Shown: positions 19,889 through 29,297, numbered from the stretch's first letter. The stretch is DNA of 43,005 nt from Candidatus Izemoplasmataceae bacterium (GCA_965659955.1 CBFHYA010000004.1:19364-62368), one strand, 5' to 3'. The notes: generated by a model not told the origin, from the letters alone. Made by a program: numbers and translations.

Positions 19889-21036
19889 TTAAGCTCTTGT
19901 TTGTAGGCCGCGATTTCTGCTTGATTGGCATAAATGAGATGGCCTTTTTTAATTTCGTGCAATTCCGGTAAATCACTGGAGTAATCGTGCACGGTGGGGT
20001 CGTATTTAATCCGTTGACGTCCACGTTCGTATTCAGGATCGGGAAGTGGGACCGCGGATAAAAGTGATTTTGTATACGGATGAAGCGGGTTTTTAAAGAG
20101 TTCATCTTTATCGGCAAGCTCAACGAGTTTCCCATAGTACATCACGCCAATCCGGTCGGCAAAATATTTCACAACCGATAAATCATGTGCGATAAATAAA
20201 ATGGTGATACCGAAATCTTTCCGTAAATCATTGAGTAAGTTAATGACTTGGGCTTGAATCGAGACATCAAGGGCACTGATCGGTTCATCAGCAATGATGA
20301 ATTCAGGATTGACGACCAATGCGCGTGCAATCCCAATCCGTTGACGTTGACCCCCAGAAAATTCATGGGGATAACGGCTGGCATGCTCAGGGAGCAGCCC
20401 AACAGTTTTTAAGACGTCATTGACTTTATCTTGAATGACTTTTTCTTTTTTCTCACCTGCGATGCGTAAACCTTCCGCGATGATTTCTTTGACGGTCATC
20501 CGCGGATTTAAAGAGGCAATCGGATCTTGGAAAATCATCTGCATCTTATTCAGAACTTCACGGTCATCTTGGGCCGTGTCTTCTTTACGTTTGGGAATGT
20601 CGCGTTTAAGATTTTTAACCACTGCATCCCGTTTTAGCTCGACGGCTTTGATTTTTTCTTGATACGTCGCTTGGACTTTGGCTTTATCCGACTCACTGGC
20701 GCCTTCGAGTTCAGAAGCCATGGCTTGTTTGAGTTCAGCGATTTCCTTCGCGGCGTTCTTTTTTTCATCTTTGATTTGTTGTTTGAGACCGATCGTTCCC
20801 GCACTGATGCGGTTGCCTAGGAAATACACTTCACCATCGGTGGGTTCATACAGTTTAATGATGGTCCGTCCGGTGGTGGTTTTCCCACATCCAGATTCGC
20901 CCACAAGGCCGAACACTTCCCCTTTTTGGATATCAAATGAAACATCATCCACGGCTTTGACCACGAGTTTATTACGGCCAATTCCGGTGGTAAAGTGTTG
21001 CTTCAGATTGCGTACGCTTAATATTGTCTCTGCCAT
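19885..21036 (-). CDS. oppF: Oligopeptide ABC transporter ATP-binding protein OppF, with a roughly 75-aa coiled-coil insertion
   Basis: Walker A GESGCGKTT, Q-loop MIFQDP, signature FSGGQRQR, Walker B IIADEP and the C-terminal oligopeptide-type extension (HPYT..L). Confidence 0.85.
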   Translation of the reverse strand: MAETILSVRNLKQHFTTGIGRNKLVVKAVDDVSFDIQKGEVFGLVGESGCGKTTTGRTIIKLYEPTDGEVYFLGNRISAGTIGLKQQIKDEKKNAAKEIAELKQAMASELEGASESDKAKVQATYQEKIKAVELKRDAVVKNLKRDIPKRKEDTAQDDREVLNKMQMIFQDPIASLNPRMTVKEIIAEGLRIAGEKKEKVIQDKVNDVLKTVGLLPEHASRYPHEFSGGQRQRIGIARALVVNPEFIIADEPISALDVSIQAQVINLLNDLRKDFGITILFIAHDLSVVKYFADRIGVMYYGKLVELADKDELFKNPLHPYTKSLLSAVPLPDPEYERGRQRIKYDPTVHDYSSDLPELHEIKKGHLIYANQAEIAAYKQELK

Positions 21037-22490
21037 TAGTTGCGTGCCTCGCTTTGCGTAGAATCTTTGGAGCGTTGTTTCATGGCTTTAATGCGGTCTT
21101 GAATGACTTGGGGAGGTTTAACTTTCGGCGCGTCTTTATGGAGAAGCCAAGTCGCGGCATAATGCGTATCAGACACTTTGAAATACGGGGGTTGTTCTTC
21201 AAAATCAATGGCCATAGCGTATTCATTACGGTCTGCAAAAGCATCCCCTTTCGGGGGATAAAGCATGTTGGGAGGCGTCCCGGGAATGCTAAAGAGACGG
21301 TCTCTCGAAGATAAATCAGGCATCGAAGAAAGAAGCGCCCAGGTGTATGGGTGTTTGGGATCGTAGAAGATTTCTTCACTGGATCCGATTTCAACGATTT
21401 TACCCGCATACATAACCGCCACACGGTCAGCCATATTCGCCACAACCCCTAAATCGTGGGTGATGAAGATAACGGTTAAATCACGTTCTTCTTTTAAACG
21501 GTTAATGAGTTCTAAGATTTGCGCTTGAATGGTCACATCCAGCGCAGTCGTGGGTTCATCACAAATCAGTAAATCCGGATTGGCGGTTAAGGCAATCGCA
21601 ATAACAATCCGCTGGCGCATTCCTCCAGAAAACTGGAACGGATATTGCTTGAGTCTTTTTTCAGGTTCTGGAATGCCCACTTCATTCATTACTTCAAGCG
21701 CGCGTTCCCGAGCTTCTTTTTTTGTCACTTGTTTGTATCGTGCGAGTTCTTCTTTGAGATCACTGATTTCAGCGCGGTATGCTTTTTTCTCTTCGCTGCT
21801 TGCACTACTCATTTTGGCTTTCACAGCTGCAATTTTTTTGGCATATTCGGCCTTTTTAGCTACCCATTCTTGACCGACTTCTTTTTGAGCGGCTCTTACA
21901 GCATCGCGATAAGCAATTTTGGCTTCAGTTAATTGTTTTTTTAAAGTAACCTGTTTGGTAGTAGATGCACTCTTAAGCGCAGAAGCATCCCCATCACCGG
22001 ATTCTTTCAGATCAGCTAAAGCTGATTTCAACGCTTCTTTTTCCCTCGCAAGTTCATCTCTTAAATTAAGATATTTCCGGCGTTGGGGGTGAGATTTGGC
22101 TTTAATTTTGTTTTTAAGATGCTTCCCGTTGATGATCATCCCTTCGGTGATTTGTTTCCCGATTTTCATAATCGGATTCAAACTGGACAATGGATCTTGG
22201 AAAATCATTCCGAGTTTATTCCCCCGGAGTTTGTGAAAATCTTCCTCACGGATTTTTGTGAGGTCTTCATCTTCATAGATGATAGATCCACTATCAATCG
22301 TCGCGTTCCCAGCTAAGATCCCCATAATGGAGCGGCTGGTCACGGATTTACCGGATCCGGATTCGCCCACAATGGCGAGCGTTTCTTTTTGATACAGATC
22401 GAAACTGATATCACGTACGGCGCGTACCGGACCTTGAGGTGTTTTAAAGGAGATACTCAAGTCTTTGACAGATAATTTTACATCAGGCAT
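21036..22490 (-). CDS. oppD: Oligopeptide ABC transporter ATP-binding protein OppD, with a roughly 130-aa coiled-coil insertion
   Basis: Walker A GESGSGKS, Q-loop MIFQDP, signature FSGGMRQR, Walker B LICDEP and the C-terminal HPYT motif. At 484 aa it is much longer than the usual roughly 330. Confidence 0.85.
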   Translation of the reverse strand: MPDVKLSVKDLSISFKTPQGPVRAVRDISFDLYQKETLAIVGESGSGKSVTSRSIMGILAGNATIDSGSIIYEDEDLTKIREEDFHKLRGNKLGMIFQDPLSSLNPIMKIGKQITEGMIINGKHLKNKIKAKSHPQRRKYLNLRDELAREKEALKSALADLKESGDGDASALKSASTTKQVTLKKQLTEAKIAYRDAVRAAQKEVGQEWVAKKAEYAKKIAAVKAKMSSASSEEKKAYRAEISDLKEELARYKQVTKKEARERALEVMNEVGIPEPEKRLKQYPFQFSGGMRQRIVIAIALTANPDLLICDEPTTALDVTIQAQILELINRLKEERDLTVIFITHDLGVVANMADRVAVMYAGKIVEIGSSEEIFYDPKHPYTWALLSSMPDLSSRDRLFSIPGTPPNMLYPPKGDAFADRNEYAMAIDFEEQPPYFKVSDTHYAATWLLHKDAPKVKPPQVIQDRIKAMKQRSKDSTQSEARN

Positions 22491-24385
22491 TATTCGGACC
22501 CCCTCAAGGATGGATTAAAGGCATCGCGCAGGGCGTTACCAAATAAGTTAAAAGTAATCATAAGGATGGAGATAATGACAGCCGGCCAAATCGTCAGGTA
22601 TGGACGACTGACAATCTCAGCCCGTCCATCGGCGAGTAACACACCAATGGATACCCCAGAAAACTCGATGGGGCCAATACTAAAGGATTGTCCATGCCCG
22701 ATCCCAAATCCGAGGTAAGAAAGGGTTGATTCGGTAAAAATAACAAGGGGAATGGATAAAATACTGGCGGTGATAATCGTCCCAATCCCATTCGGTAAAA
22801 TATGGCGGAAAATGAGTCGATTGTCTTTCGCACCCAAGGTTCTCGATGCTAAGACATATTCACGGCCTTTATATCGGTAAAATTGGGTCCGGGTGACCGA
22901 GGCCACGCCAATCCAACCTGAGACAATTAAGACAATAAATAGTGTCGTAATACCCGGTCCAATGTAGGCCACCGCAATCGCTAAGACTACGAGGAATGGA
23001 ATCCGAGCAATGATTTCAGAGAAACGTTCCATCAGGATATCAACTTTACCACCGTAATATCCAGAAATGGCGCCGTAGATAATCCCAATCGTAATATTTA
23101 CGAGGGCCGCTGAAACCCCAATCAGTAATGATGTTCTCAAGGCAACCCAAGCAAGATTAAATAAATCGCGACCGGTATTGGTCGTTCCTGCCAAATAATA
23201 AGGCACGGTATCGTATCCTGCATAGAGGCCATAATTCATAATTAATTCATAAGATACATATTCGACCCCATCAACGACGACAGGTTCGGATACACTCACA
23301 ACTTCACGGACGGGACAGCCTTCTGAGAGATACCATCCATTTGGATTATCGGGATTTTCAATGACCGAACAACTACTTCCGTTGGTTTCGATCATTCTTT
23401 CGTATTCCGCTTTGGAGAAGTTATCGATACGGTAATCACCCAGTGCAGCCCCATACGCATCAAACTCAAAACTTGACATCGTGATGGTCGCTTCAAAGCG
23501 AGTCAGACGTCCCGTTCCATCGAGTGTTTCAAAAGTCGCAAGCTCAAAGCCGGTCGCATCGACGAATGGTTCATCGGCCCCATCAAATGTAAATAGAACA
23601 TTATTCAGGCGGACGTAATCACTTTGTTCGGAGTTTTCTAATAAGAGTCTGAGTTCGGTGGAATAAAAGAATATATCATCGGGATTAGCAATCGCATCCA
23701 AGACTGAAAAAGTGGAAACACCCGCTTCTTCAACTTCACCGATGCTGACATAATTGCCATTCCCATCATTGACTAAAACACTAAACGAAGATCCATCGGA
23801 AAGTTGAACCTCAGATGCATCAATGGTGACGACAGGATTTAAATCAAGGTTGGGAAAGAAATTACCAGGTGCCTTGAAAGTCGATGAACTATCGGCTTCT
23901 CGGTTGGCAAAGTTGACTAAGCCACCCATACAGTTTTCGGTAATTTCTGAACAGGCAATCTCATAGTTTACCAAGGTATCTAAATCAATATAGGCTTCCG
24001 GATAGCGCGTTTGGTTTGGCACACCGAGGCCAGTGTCTGGATCGATGGTCTCAGGAAGTACTTGTTGATTTTCAATGAGAACTTTCCCATCAAATACGCC
24101 GAAGTTTTCAACAATCGGAACACGGGGAGGTAAAAAAGCCATCCGTGGTTCTAAGGTGGTGAAGTTTTTGTTGGTGAATGTAGGAATTAAGATGGATAAA
24201 GTAATGAGTGTAAATAAAATAACAGTGGCGACAACATTGGTTTTATTTCTGACAAACCGAATCATCGCATCTTTAAAGTAACCAACGGGTTTTGTTTCAA
24301 ACTTTTTATCAAATATTTTTTCATCCCGTTGGACAAACTGTAGTTTTTCTTTGTCTACGTTTGGATTCGTATTTTTTTCGTTCAT
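22490..24385 (-). CDS. oppC: Oligopeptide ABC permease OppC with a roughly 330-aa extracytoplasmic insertion after TM1
   Basis: The C-terminal 227 aa are a canonical OppC/DppC core (TGRDLF...GYYGGKVD..MERF.E....IP). The N-terminus has a single TM followed by a long non-hydrophobic region. Confidence 0.8.
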   Translation of the reverse strand: MNEKNTNPNVDKEKLQFVQRDEKIFDKKFETKPVGYFKDAMIRFVRNKTNVVATVILFTLITLSILIPTFTNKNFTTLEPRMAFLPPRVPIVENFGVFDGKVLIENQQVLPETIDPDTGLGVPNQTRYPEAYIDLDTLVNYEIACSEITENCMGGLVNFANREADSSSTFKAPGNFFPNLDLNPVVTIDASEVQLSDGSSFSVLVNDGNGNYVSIGEVEEAGVSTFSVLDAIANPDDIFFYSTELRLLLENSEQSDYVRLNNVLFTFDGADEPFVDATGFELATFETLDGTGRLTRFEATITMSSFEFDAYGAALGDYRIDNFSKAEYERMIETNGSSCSVIENPDNPNGWYLSEGCPVREVVSVSEPVVVDGVEYVSYELIMNYGLYAGYDTVPYYLAGTTNTGRDLFNLAWVALRTSLLIGVSAALVNITIGIIYGAISGYYGGKVDILMERFSEIIARIPFLVVLAIAVAYIGPGITTLFIVLIVSGWIGVASVTRTQFYRYKGREYVLASRTLGAKDNRLIFRHILPNGIGTIITASILSIPLVIFTESTLSYLGFGIGHGQSFSIGPIEFSGVSIGVLLADGRAEIVSRPYLTIWPAVIISILMITFNLFGNALRDAFNPSLRGSE

Positions 24386-25479
24386 TATTTGCGAGCCCCC
24401 ATACGAATTCTAGGATCAACCAGCCCATACGATAAATCGACAAGGAGTATGGCAAATAGACTGATTACCGTATAAAATGCTGTAATGCCTAAGATTAAGT
24501 TGAAATCATAGTTATTTTGGGTCATGGCGCGAATAAAGATGCGGCCTGTCCCAGGTATCGAATAAATTACTTCGATGATGACAGATCCCGATAAAAGCCC
24601 GACAAATGAGGCGATAATCCCAGGCACTAAGGGCACCATCGAATTACGCATCGCATGTCTTAAGACCGCTTGGGTTTGAGAAAGTCCTTTTGTTCTGGCT
24701 AGAAGTAAAAATTCAGATGTTAAGACTTCAGAAAGCTCCGCCCGAGACGTCCGGGTGAGTGAAGCAAGGGCACCGAACGATAAACCGAGCACAGGAAGCA
24801 CAAAGGCTGTGTAGCGAATGGACCCTGTAACATCGGCGGGTGGGAACTGGACGGGAAGCCATCCAAGCCCATAGCCAAACACCAAGACTAAGAACGTCAT
24901 GGTCACAAAACTCGGAAGCGAGATCAAAATCATGACCGCCACAGAGATAAAGTTATCCAAAAAGCTATTTTTTCTGAGCGCGGCAAGAATACCTAATGCA
25001 AACCCAATAGGAATATAAAATAGTAATGCCACAATGTTAAGTTGGAAGGTTACTGGAATCCTGGAAAGCAAGATATCAAAAACAGGGACATTGGCTTGTA
25101 CCCGGGTAGATACCCCCCAGTTCCATTCAGTTACGATATTACGGACCCAATTGAAATATTGGTTGATTAAAGGAACTGGTTTATAAATTCTAAACTGATC
25201 ACCTTCATCGCGGTACCACGCGTTGCGAACCAAGGTATATTCATCGCTTGCAGCAGGCTCTCTAAGCTCTTGGCGAATGATTTCAACCATTTCAGGATCA
25301 CGTTCTAACTCGATGGTCATATAGCCATCTGAAACTTGACGCGCGTAGTAAATTTCTCGTTGTTCTTCAATCGTGGGCGGGTATTCAGGTGCATTCTTAA
25401 GCAATATAAAATTGATAGAAAGAATGGTCACTAAAATTATAAACACCCATACGGTTCGAATCATTGTATATCGTAACAT
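24385..25479 (-). CDS. oppB: Oligopeptide ABC permease OppB
   Basis: 364 aa with an N-terminal TM plus loop and the binding-protein-dependent permease core (LARTKGLS...LRHAMRNSMVP). Confidence 0.85.
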   Translation of the reverse strand: MLRYTMIRTVWVFIILVTILSINFILLKNAPEYPPTIEEQREIYYARQVSDGYMTIELERDPEMVEIIRQELREPAASDEYTLVRNAWYRDEGDQFRIYKPVPLINQYFNWVRNIVTEWNWGVSTRVQANVPVFDILLSRIPVTFQLNIVALLFYIPIGFALGILAALRKNSFLDNFISVAVMILISLPSFVTMTFLVLVFGYGLGWLPVQFPPADVTGSIRYTAFVLPVLGLSFGALASLTRTSRAELSEVLTSEFLLLARTKGLSQTQAVLRHAMRNSMVPLVPGIIASFVGLLSGSVIIEVIYSIPGTGRIFIRAMTQNNYDFNLILGITAFYTVISLFAILLVDLSYGLVDPRIRMGARK

Positions 25480-25594
25480 TCACATCATCCTTATTTTTAG
25501 ATTAAAAATTGAAACATTTGATGATTAAATCATAGAAAATCGATGGTTTAAACAGCAAATATTTCAACAATGAAATTACTTAAAACATAATGAA

Positions 25595-25626
25595 CCAAAT
25601 GCAAACCCGAATGGGTCTGCATTTGG
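25595..25626 (-). terminator. Strong intra-operon hairpin after oppA, acting as a partial terminator or mRNA stabiliser
   Basis: 14-bp stem CCAAAUGCAGACCC/GGGUUUGCAUUUGG (one G-U pair) with a 4-nt loop, followed by a U-rich tract. It sits in the 186-nt oppA-oppB spacer. Confidence 0.5.
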
Positions 25627-25665
25627 TCAATCATTATATTCAGTTCAATAAAGCAATGGGATGGT

Positions 25666-27939
25666 TTACTCGACTACCATACCATCTTCAAGTTCAACTT
25701 CAGAGGTGAGTAACCGCTGAATGGCGTCGAAGGAGAAGATTTCACGGAGCGTTTCACCGGTGGATGGATTGACATACTCAAGTTCAATGTTGGCTTGAGT
25801 CGTATCAAAGTCATCGCCCCAGTTTAGGGTAAAGCCTGACGTGTTCAGTGAGTTAAAGGTATCTAAGAATCCTGCTGCATCTAAGGTTGAACCTGAGATA
25901 CCGCCGAAGCCCATATCAGTCTCACCAGGAATGATGAAGTTGAAGTAGTTATTTGGGAATGGTTCGGCTTGGATCACGATGTCAATACCAATGTCTAAAC
26001 CTTCATTGTAGAATAGCTCTTCAAGTTCTGCTTCGATGTACTCAGCACCAAGTTCTGAACCTTGGGAGTTCGCTTGGATAACGAGTTGAAGTTCAATGAC
26101 ATCACCCTCAGCGTAATCGCCTGCGGCGACTGCGTCTTCAACTGCACTGTCAAAGAAAGCTTTGGCTGCATCAGGGTTGTACCCTTGCGTGGATGGTGAG
26201 AGGCCCTCTAAGACGGTGGCACCATATTCGGTATCACGGAATGGAACCCCACCCGCTGGATCAACGAGGTATGCAGGGGTGAAGTAGAACTGCGCAGGTT
26301 CAGCGGTTCTTTGAACATCGACTGCAAGTTCTTGACGGTTAATACCGAAGTATAACGCGTTACGGAAATCTTCGTAAGCAAGAATTGGTTCAGGAATTAA
26401 GGTTGAATCTGGGAATTGCTCTCTTTGTGATTCTACAGTCCCGTGTGCATTGAGGTTCATACGGAATACAGTAGCCCCTGGAGCAAAACGGATACCTGGA
26501 TAGGATTGATATTCATCAAACCGTGAGGCAGGAAGTCCGGTTGCATCTAAACGACCTGTAATAAAGCTTTGGAACGCGATATCAGGGTCATTGATAATTT
26601 CGAACGTATAACCGGTGTAGAAGGCATCGTTGGAATTATGGAAGTTGGGGTTTGCTTTAAGACGTAAAATACGGTCTGCTTCATAAGTTTCTAAGTAGAA
26701 ACCTCCATTGTATGAAGTGGTTTCAGCGCTAGTTCCATATTGATCGCCCACTTCTTCATAAAGGTCTAAGTTGATTGGTGTCATGACGAAACCGGATAAC
26801 CAGTAAATAACGTTCCATTCACTCATGAGTGGGATGAATTCAAAGACAATACTGTTTCCTTCAACGGAAATACCAACTTCATCCCATTCCACATCGCCAT
26901 CAACATACTCTTGCATGTTGACGATTTCTTGCGCAGGGTTCAAGAAGTCACCACCGCCGGAAATCGCACGGAACCAACCGTTATCTACGGCAAGTTTGTA
27001 AGTGTCTAAGAAATCTTGAGCCGTAATGTCGCCGGCTTCAGCCCCTGTATGATCGGTCCAAACAAGTCCTGAACGGACGGGGACGCTCCATACATTCGCC
27101 ACTTCAGTCCCAAAGACTTCCTCGGAATCAACAGGGCTAGGCATGCCTGAGGCCATTGAAGGTTGTAATTCAAAGCCTGAGAAATCAGAGTTGTAGTTGA
27201 AGAAATAAAGCGCATCTAAGAATGTCGTGATGACATCACTTGAGATGGAATCTTCATAAATCCATTGGTTAAGGGTCGCTGGGTTTTCAGTGAGGCGCGT
27301 ACGGTAAGTGTATTCGCCGACTTCACCGGGTTGACCATCATCCATAATGACTGAAGAGTCATCTTGACTCATCGATGCGTAAGCAATCCCAAAGCCCATA
27401 ACTGGGTCATAGCCTTCGGTTGGAAGTTGCATACGATCTGAGAATAAGTTATATGATGAAGAAGCCCATAAAGGAATTCCTCCGGCTTGACGTTCAATTA
27501 AGAAACGCTCAGCCTTTGCAAAGAATTGATGTTTCAAATCGACTGGAGCAAATTTGAAATCATACACGCCACTGGCAGGAACGAAATCACCCAGTGCTGG
27601 CTCTTCAGGTTCTGGTTCGGGTTCAGGTTCTTCAGCCGCCTCGACCGTGACGGTCCGTGAGACTGAGGCACTTTCGCCATCTGAGTTTTCAACACTATAG
27701 GTTAATGTATAAGTACCTGCTGCATCGACGTTGACCGACCCTGAGACTTCGAGGTCTGCAGTTAAGTCGCCGTCATTTTCATCGGCAGCACTTACCCCAG
27801 CAAGTGGATCAAAACTTTCACCCACTTCTAAGGTGACATTTCCGGTGCCTGAAATGGTTGGAACACTTGGATCGCCAGCACAAGCTGCGAGTCCTGCGAC
27901 AAGCACGAGAAACGATAAAGCTAATAAAACTTTTTTCAT
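25666..27939 (-). CDS. oppA: Oligopeptide-binding lipoprotein OppA (family-5 SBP) with an N-terminal Ig-like domain and a Pro-Glu linker
   Basis: Lipoprotein signal with lipobox LAAC. Residues about 28-100 form a beta-rich Ig-like module (GTYTLTYSV...SRTVTV), followed by EEPEPEPEPEEP and then a roughly 640-aa acidic SBP-like body. It is the first gene of the opp operon. Confidence 0.78.
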   Translation of the reverse strand: MKKVLLALSFLVLVAGLAACAGDPSVPTISGTGNVTLEVGESFDPLAGVSAADENDGDLTADLEVSGSVNVDAAGTYTLTYSVENSDGESASVSRTVTVEAAEEPEPEPEPEEPALGDFVPASGVYDFKFAPVDLKHQFFAKAERFLIERQAGGIPLWASSSYNLFSDRMQLPTEGYDPVMGFGIAYASMSQDDSSVIMDDGQPGEVGEYTYRTRLTENPATLNQWIYEDSISSDVITTFLDALYFFNYNSDFSGFELQPSMASGMPSPVDSEEVFGTEVANVWSVPVRSGLVWTDHTGAEAGDITAQDFLDTYKLAVDNGWFRAISGGGDFLNPAQEIVNMQEYVDGDVEWDEVGISVEGNSIVFEFIPLMSEWNVIYWLSGFVMTPINLDLYEEVGDQYGTSAETTSYNGGFYLETYEADRILRLKANPNFHNSNDAFYTGYTFEIINDPDIAFQSFITGRLDATGLPASRFDEYQSYPGIRFAPGATVFRMNLNAHGTVESQREQFPDSTLIPEPILAYEDFRNALYFGINRQELAVDVQRTAEPAQFYFTPAYLVDPAGGVPFRDTEYGATVLEGLSPSTQGYNPDAAKAFFDSAVEDAVAAGDYAEGDVIELQLVIQANSQGSELGAEYIEAELEELFYNEGLDIGIDIVIQAEPFPNNYFNFIIPGETDMGFGGISGSTLDAAGFLDTFNSLNTSGFTLNWGDDFDTTQANIELEYVNPSTGETLREIFSFDAIQRLLTSEVELEDGMVVE
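27598..27633 (-). repeat. Low-complexity (Glu-Pro)n coding repeat forming the OppA interdomain linker
   Basis: The plus strand reads ...TTCAGGTTCTGGTTCGGGTTCAGGTTCTTC..., encoding EEPEPEPEPEEP on the minus strand. Confidence 0.7.
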
Positions 27940-28171
27940 TGTGTGTTCTCCTCTCTTTTTTTACTTACACTATAATCCCTGAACACGGGGCTTATATATA
28001 AGGTTGTAAAAAGACTTATGGAATTTGTGAAGTCTTTTGAATAAAATACCACTCTTTATGCCCTTTTGACAAGTTTTTTTATCTTTTTTTACGTAAAAAA
28101 GCGTTTTCATAAACAAAATTGTCCGAAAAGTCGCGTTTTCATGACGATATGTCATAGGTAAGCCCGCGCCA

Positions 28172-28200
28172 TAAAAAAAGCACTCCCGAACGGGAGTGCT
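28172..28200 (-). terminator. Rho-independent terminator of the nqr operon
   Basis: 9-10 bp GC-rich stem AGCACTCCC(G)/(C)GGGAGTGCT followed by a T7 run on the minus strand, 12 nt after the nqrF stop. Confidence 0.75.
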
Positions 28201-28211
28201 TGATCCAACTT

Positions 28212-29297
28212 TTATGCAAAACTGTCGTAATACGTATGTTCTCTAGGGAGTTCGTGTTTGTTAAGGACGGCAATACACGCATGAATCATACCCGGTGATC
28301 CACATAGATAAGCTTCGGAACCGGATAAATCGCCGGTCATCCGGTCTAAGACATCGGTGATGAGGCCGGTTTCACCTTCCCAATTATCTTCGGGTAAGGG
28401 TTCAGAGAGTGCTGGAATGTATTCAAAGTTCGGGAATTCTTTTTGCAGTTCAACGAATTCTTCGGTGTAGTAAAGATCTTTTTTGGTTTTCGCCCCAAAG
28501 AAATAGCGGACTTTACGCGGCATATTGAGATCACGTAACCGGTAAAGAATCGAACGAATCGGTGCTTTCCCCGATCCCCCAGCGATACATACAATATCGC
28601 GATCAGATTCTTCTCTTAAGTAGAAGTCTCCATACGGTCCCGTAATTTTCATTGGGTCACCCGGTTGCATGACTTCATGAATAAAGGTCGTGGCAACCCC
28701 TTTATTTACCAATCTGACTAGGAATTCAACATGATCTTTGACTTTCGCATCACCCGCAAAGGAATACGCACGGACGGCTTCTACTCCCGGAATGATGAAC
28801 TGGGCATATTGGCCAGGATGGAAATCCAACGTTTTAGGATTGACCATTTTAAAGCGGACGAGTTTGATGTCGTAGGTTAAATCTTCTAAGGCCGCCAGTT
28901 CGACCTCGTATTCTTTGGCCCCAAAAAGACTTTCAGGGATTTCAATTTTGGTATCTTGAGCGATTCGGGTTTGGCAGGAAAGTCTAATGCCGTTGGCCGC
29001 ATCTTTCGGCCCGATGAAGGGTTCTTCGGTGGGTTTTAGATCAAAGGCACCTTCGGTGACTTTGACTTTACATAGGCCACATGTCGCTTTTCCCCCGCAT
29101 GCGGAGGGAATATAGATTTGATTTTTGGAGAGAATATTGAGTGCGGTATCGGATTCATTAATTGGAATTTGCAGTGAATCATTGACCGTTAATACTTTTT
29201 CACCACTGCTGCCAAAGGCGGTTTCTGCAGCAACGAGTAATAGACTCATTAAGACAAGGATGCCAATGAGGATGCTAATGACAATAATCGGTTCCAT
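28212..29297 (-). CDS. nqrF: Na+-translocating NADH oxidoreductase subunit F (NqrF): TM anchor, 2Fe-2S ferredoxin domain and FAD/NADH domain
   Basis: N-terminal TM helix; PSACGGKATCGLCKVKV...LSCQTRI (plant-type 2Fe-2S); RAYSFA (FAD); IAGGSGKAPIRS (NADH); C-terminal CGSPGM. It is closely collinear with Vibrio NqrF as I recall it. Confidence 0.9.
   Translation of the reverse strand: MEPIIVISILIGILVLMSLLLVAAETAFGSSGEKVLTVNDSLQIPINESDTALNILSKNQIYIPSACGGKATCGLCKVKVTEGAFDLKPTEEPFIGPKDAANGIRLSCQTRIAQDTKIEIPESLFGAKEYEVELAALEDLTYDIKLVRFKMVNPKTLDFHPGQYAQFIIPGVEAVRAYSFAGDAKVKDHVEFLVRLVNKGVATTFIHEVMQPGDPMKITGPYGDFYLREESDRDIVCIAGGSGKAPIRSILYRLRDLNMPRKVRYFFGAKTKKDLYYTEEFVELQKEFPNFEYIPALSEPLPEDNWEGETGLITDVLDRMTGDLSGSEAYLCGSPGMIHACIAVLNKHELPREHTYYDSFA

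Noticed and set aside
20678-21873. Long antisense ORFs inside oppF/oppD (20678..21061 +, 21529..21873 +, 21645..21932 +), with similar shadows in pnp, lepA, the ABC-F gene and the lipoprotein gene (36831..37166 +).
   Set aside because: These are low-complexity Ser/Phe/Leu-rich translations opposite strongly supported CDSs. They are typical shadow ORFs created by codon bias and lack RBSs.
25480-25665. The 186-nt oppA-oppB spacer as a riboswitch or small RNA gene.
   Set aside because: Apart from one long hairpin it is AT-rich with no further conserved-looking structure. A post-oppA hairpin that sets the OppA:permease stoichiometry is the simpler explanation.
27598-27633. The GGTTC-type short periodic DNA repeat as a possible tandem repeat or CRISPR-like signal.
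   Set aside because: It is in frame within oppA and simply encodes the (Glu-Pro)n linker. There is no repeat-spacer organisation anywhere in the window.
27970-28155. 61-aa ORF in the oppA upstream spacer.
   Set aside because: It lies in AT-rich intergenic DNA and has no Shine-Dalgarno. Its composition (K/F/Y-rich) reflects A/T runs. The region is better read as promoter or regulatory DNA.
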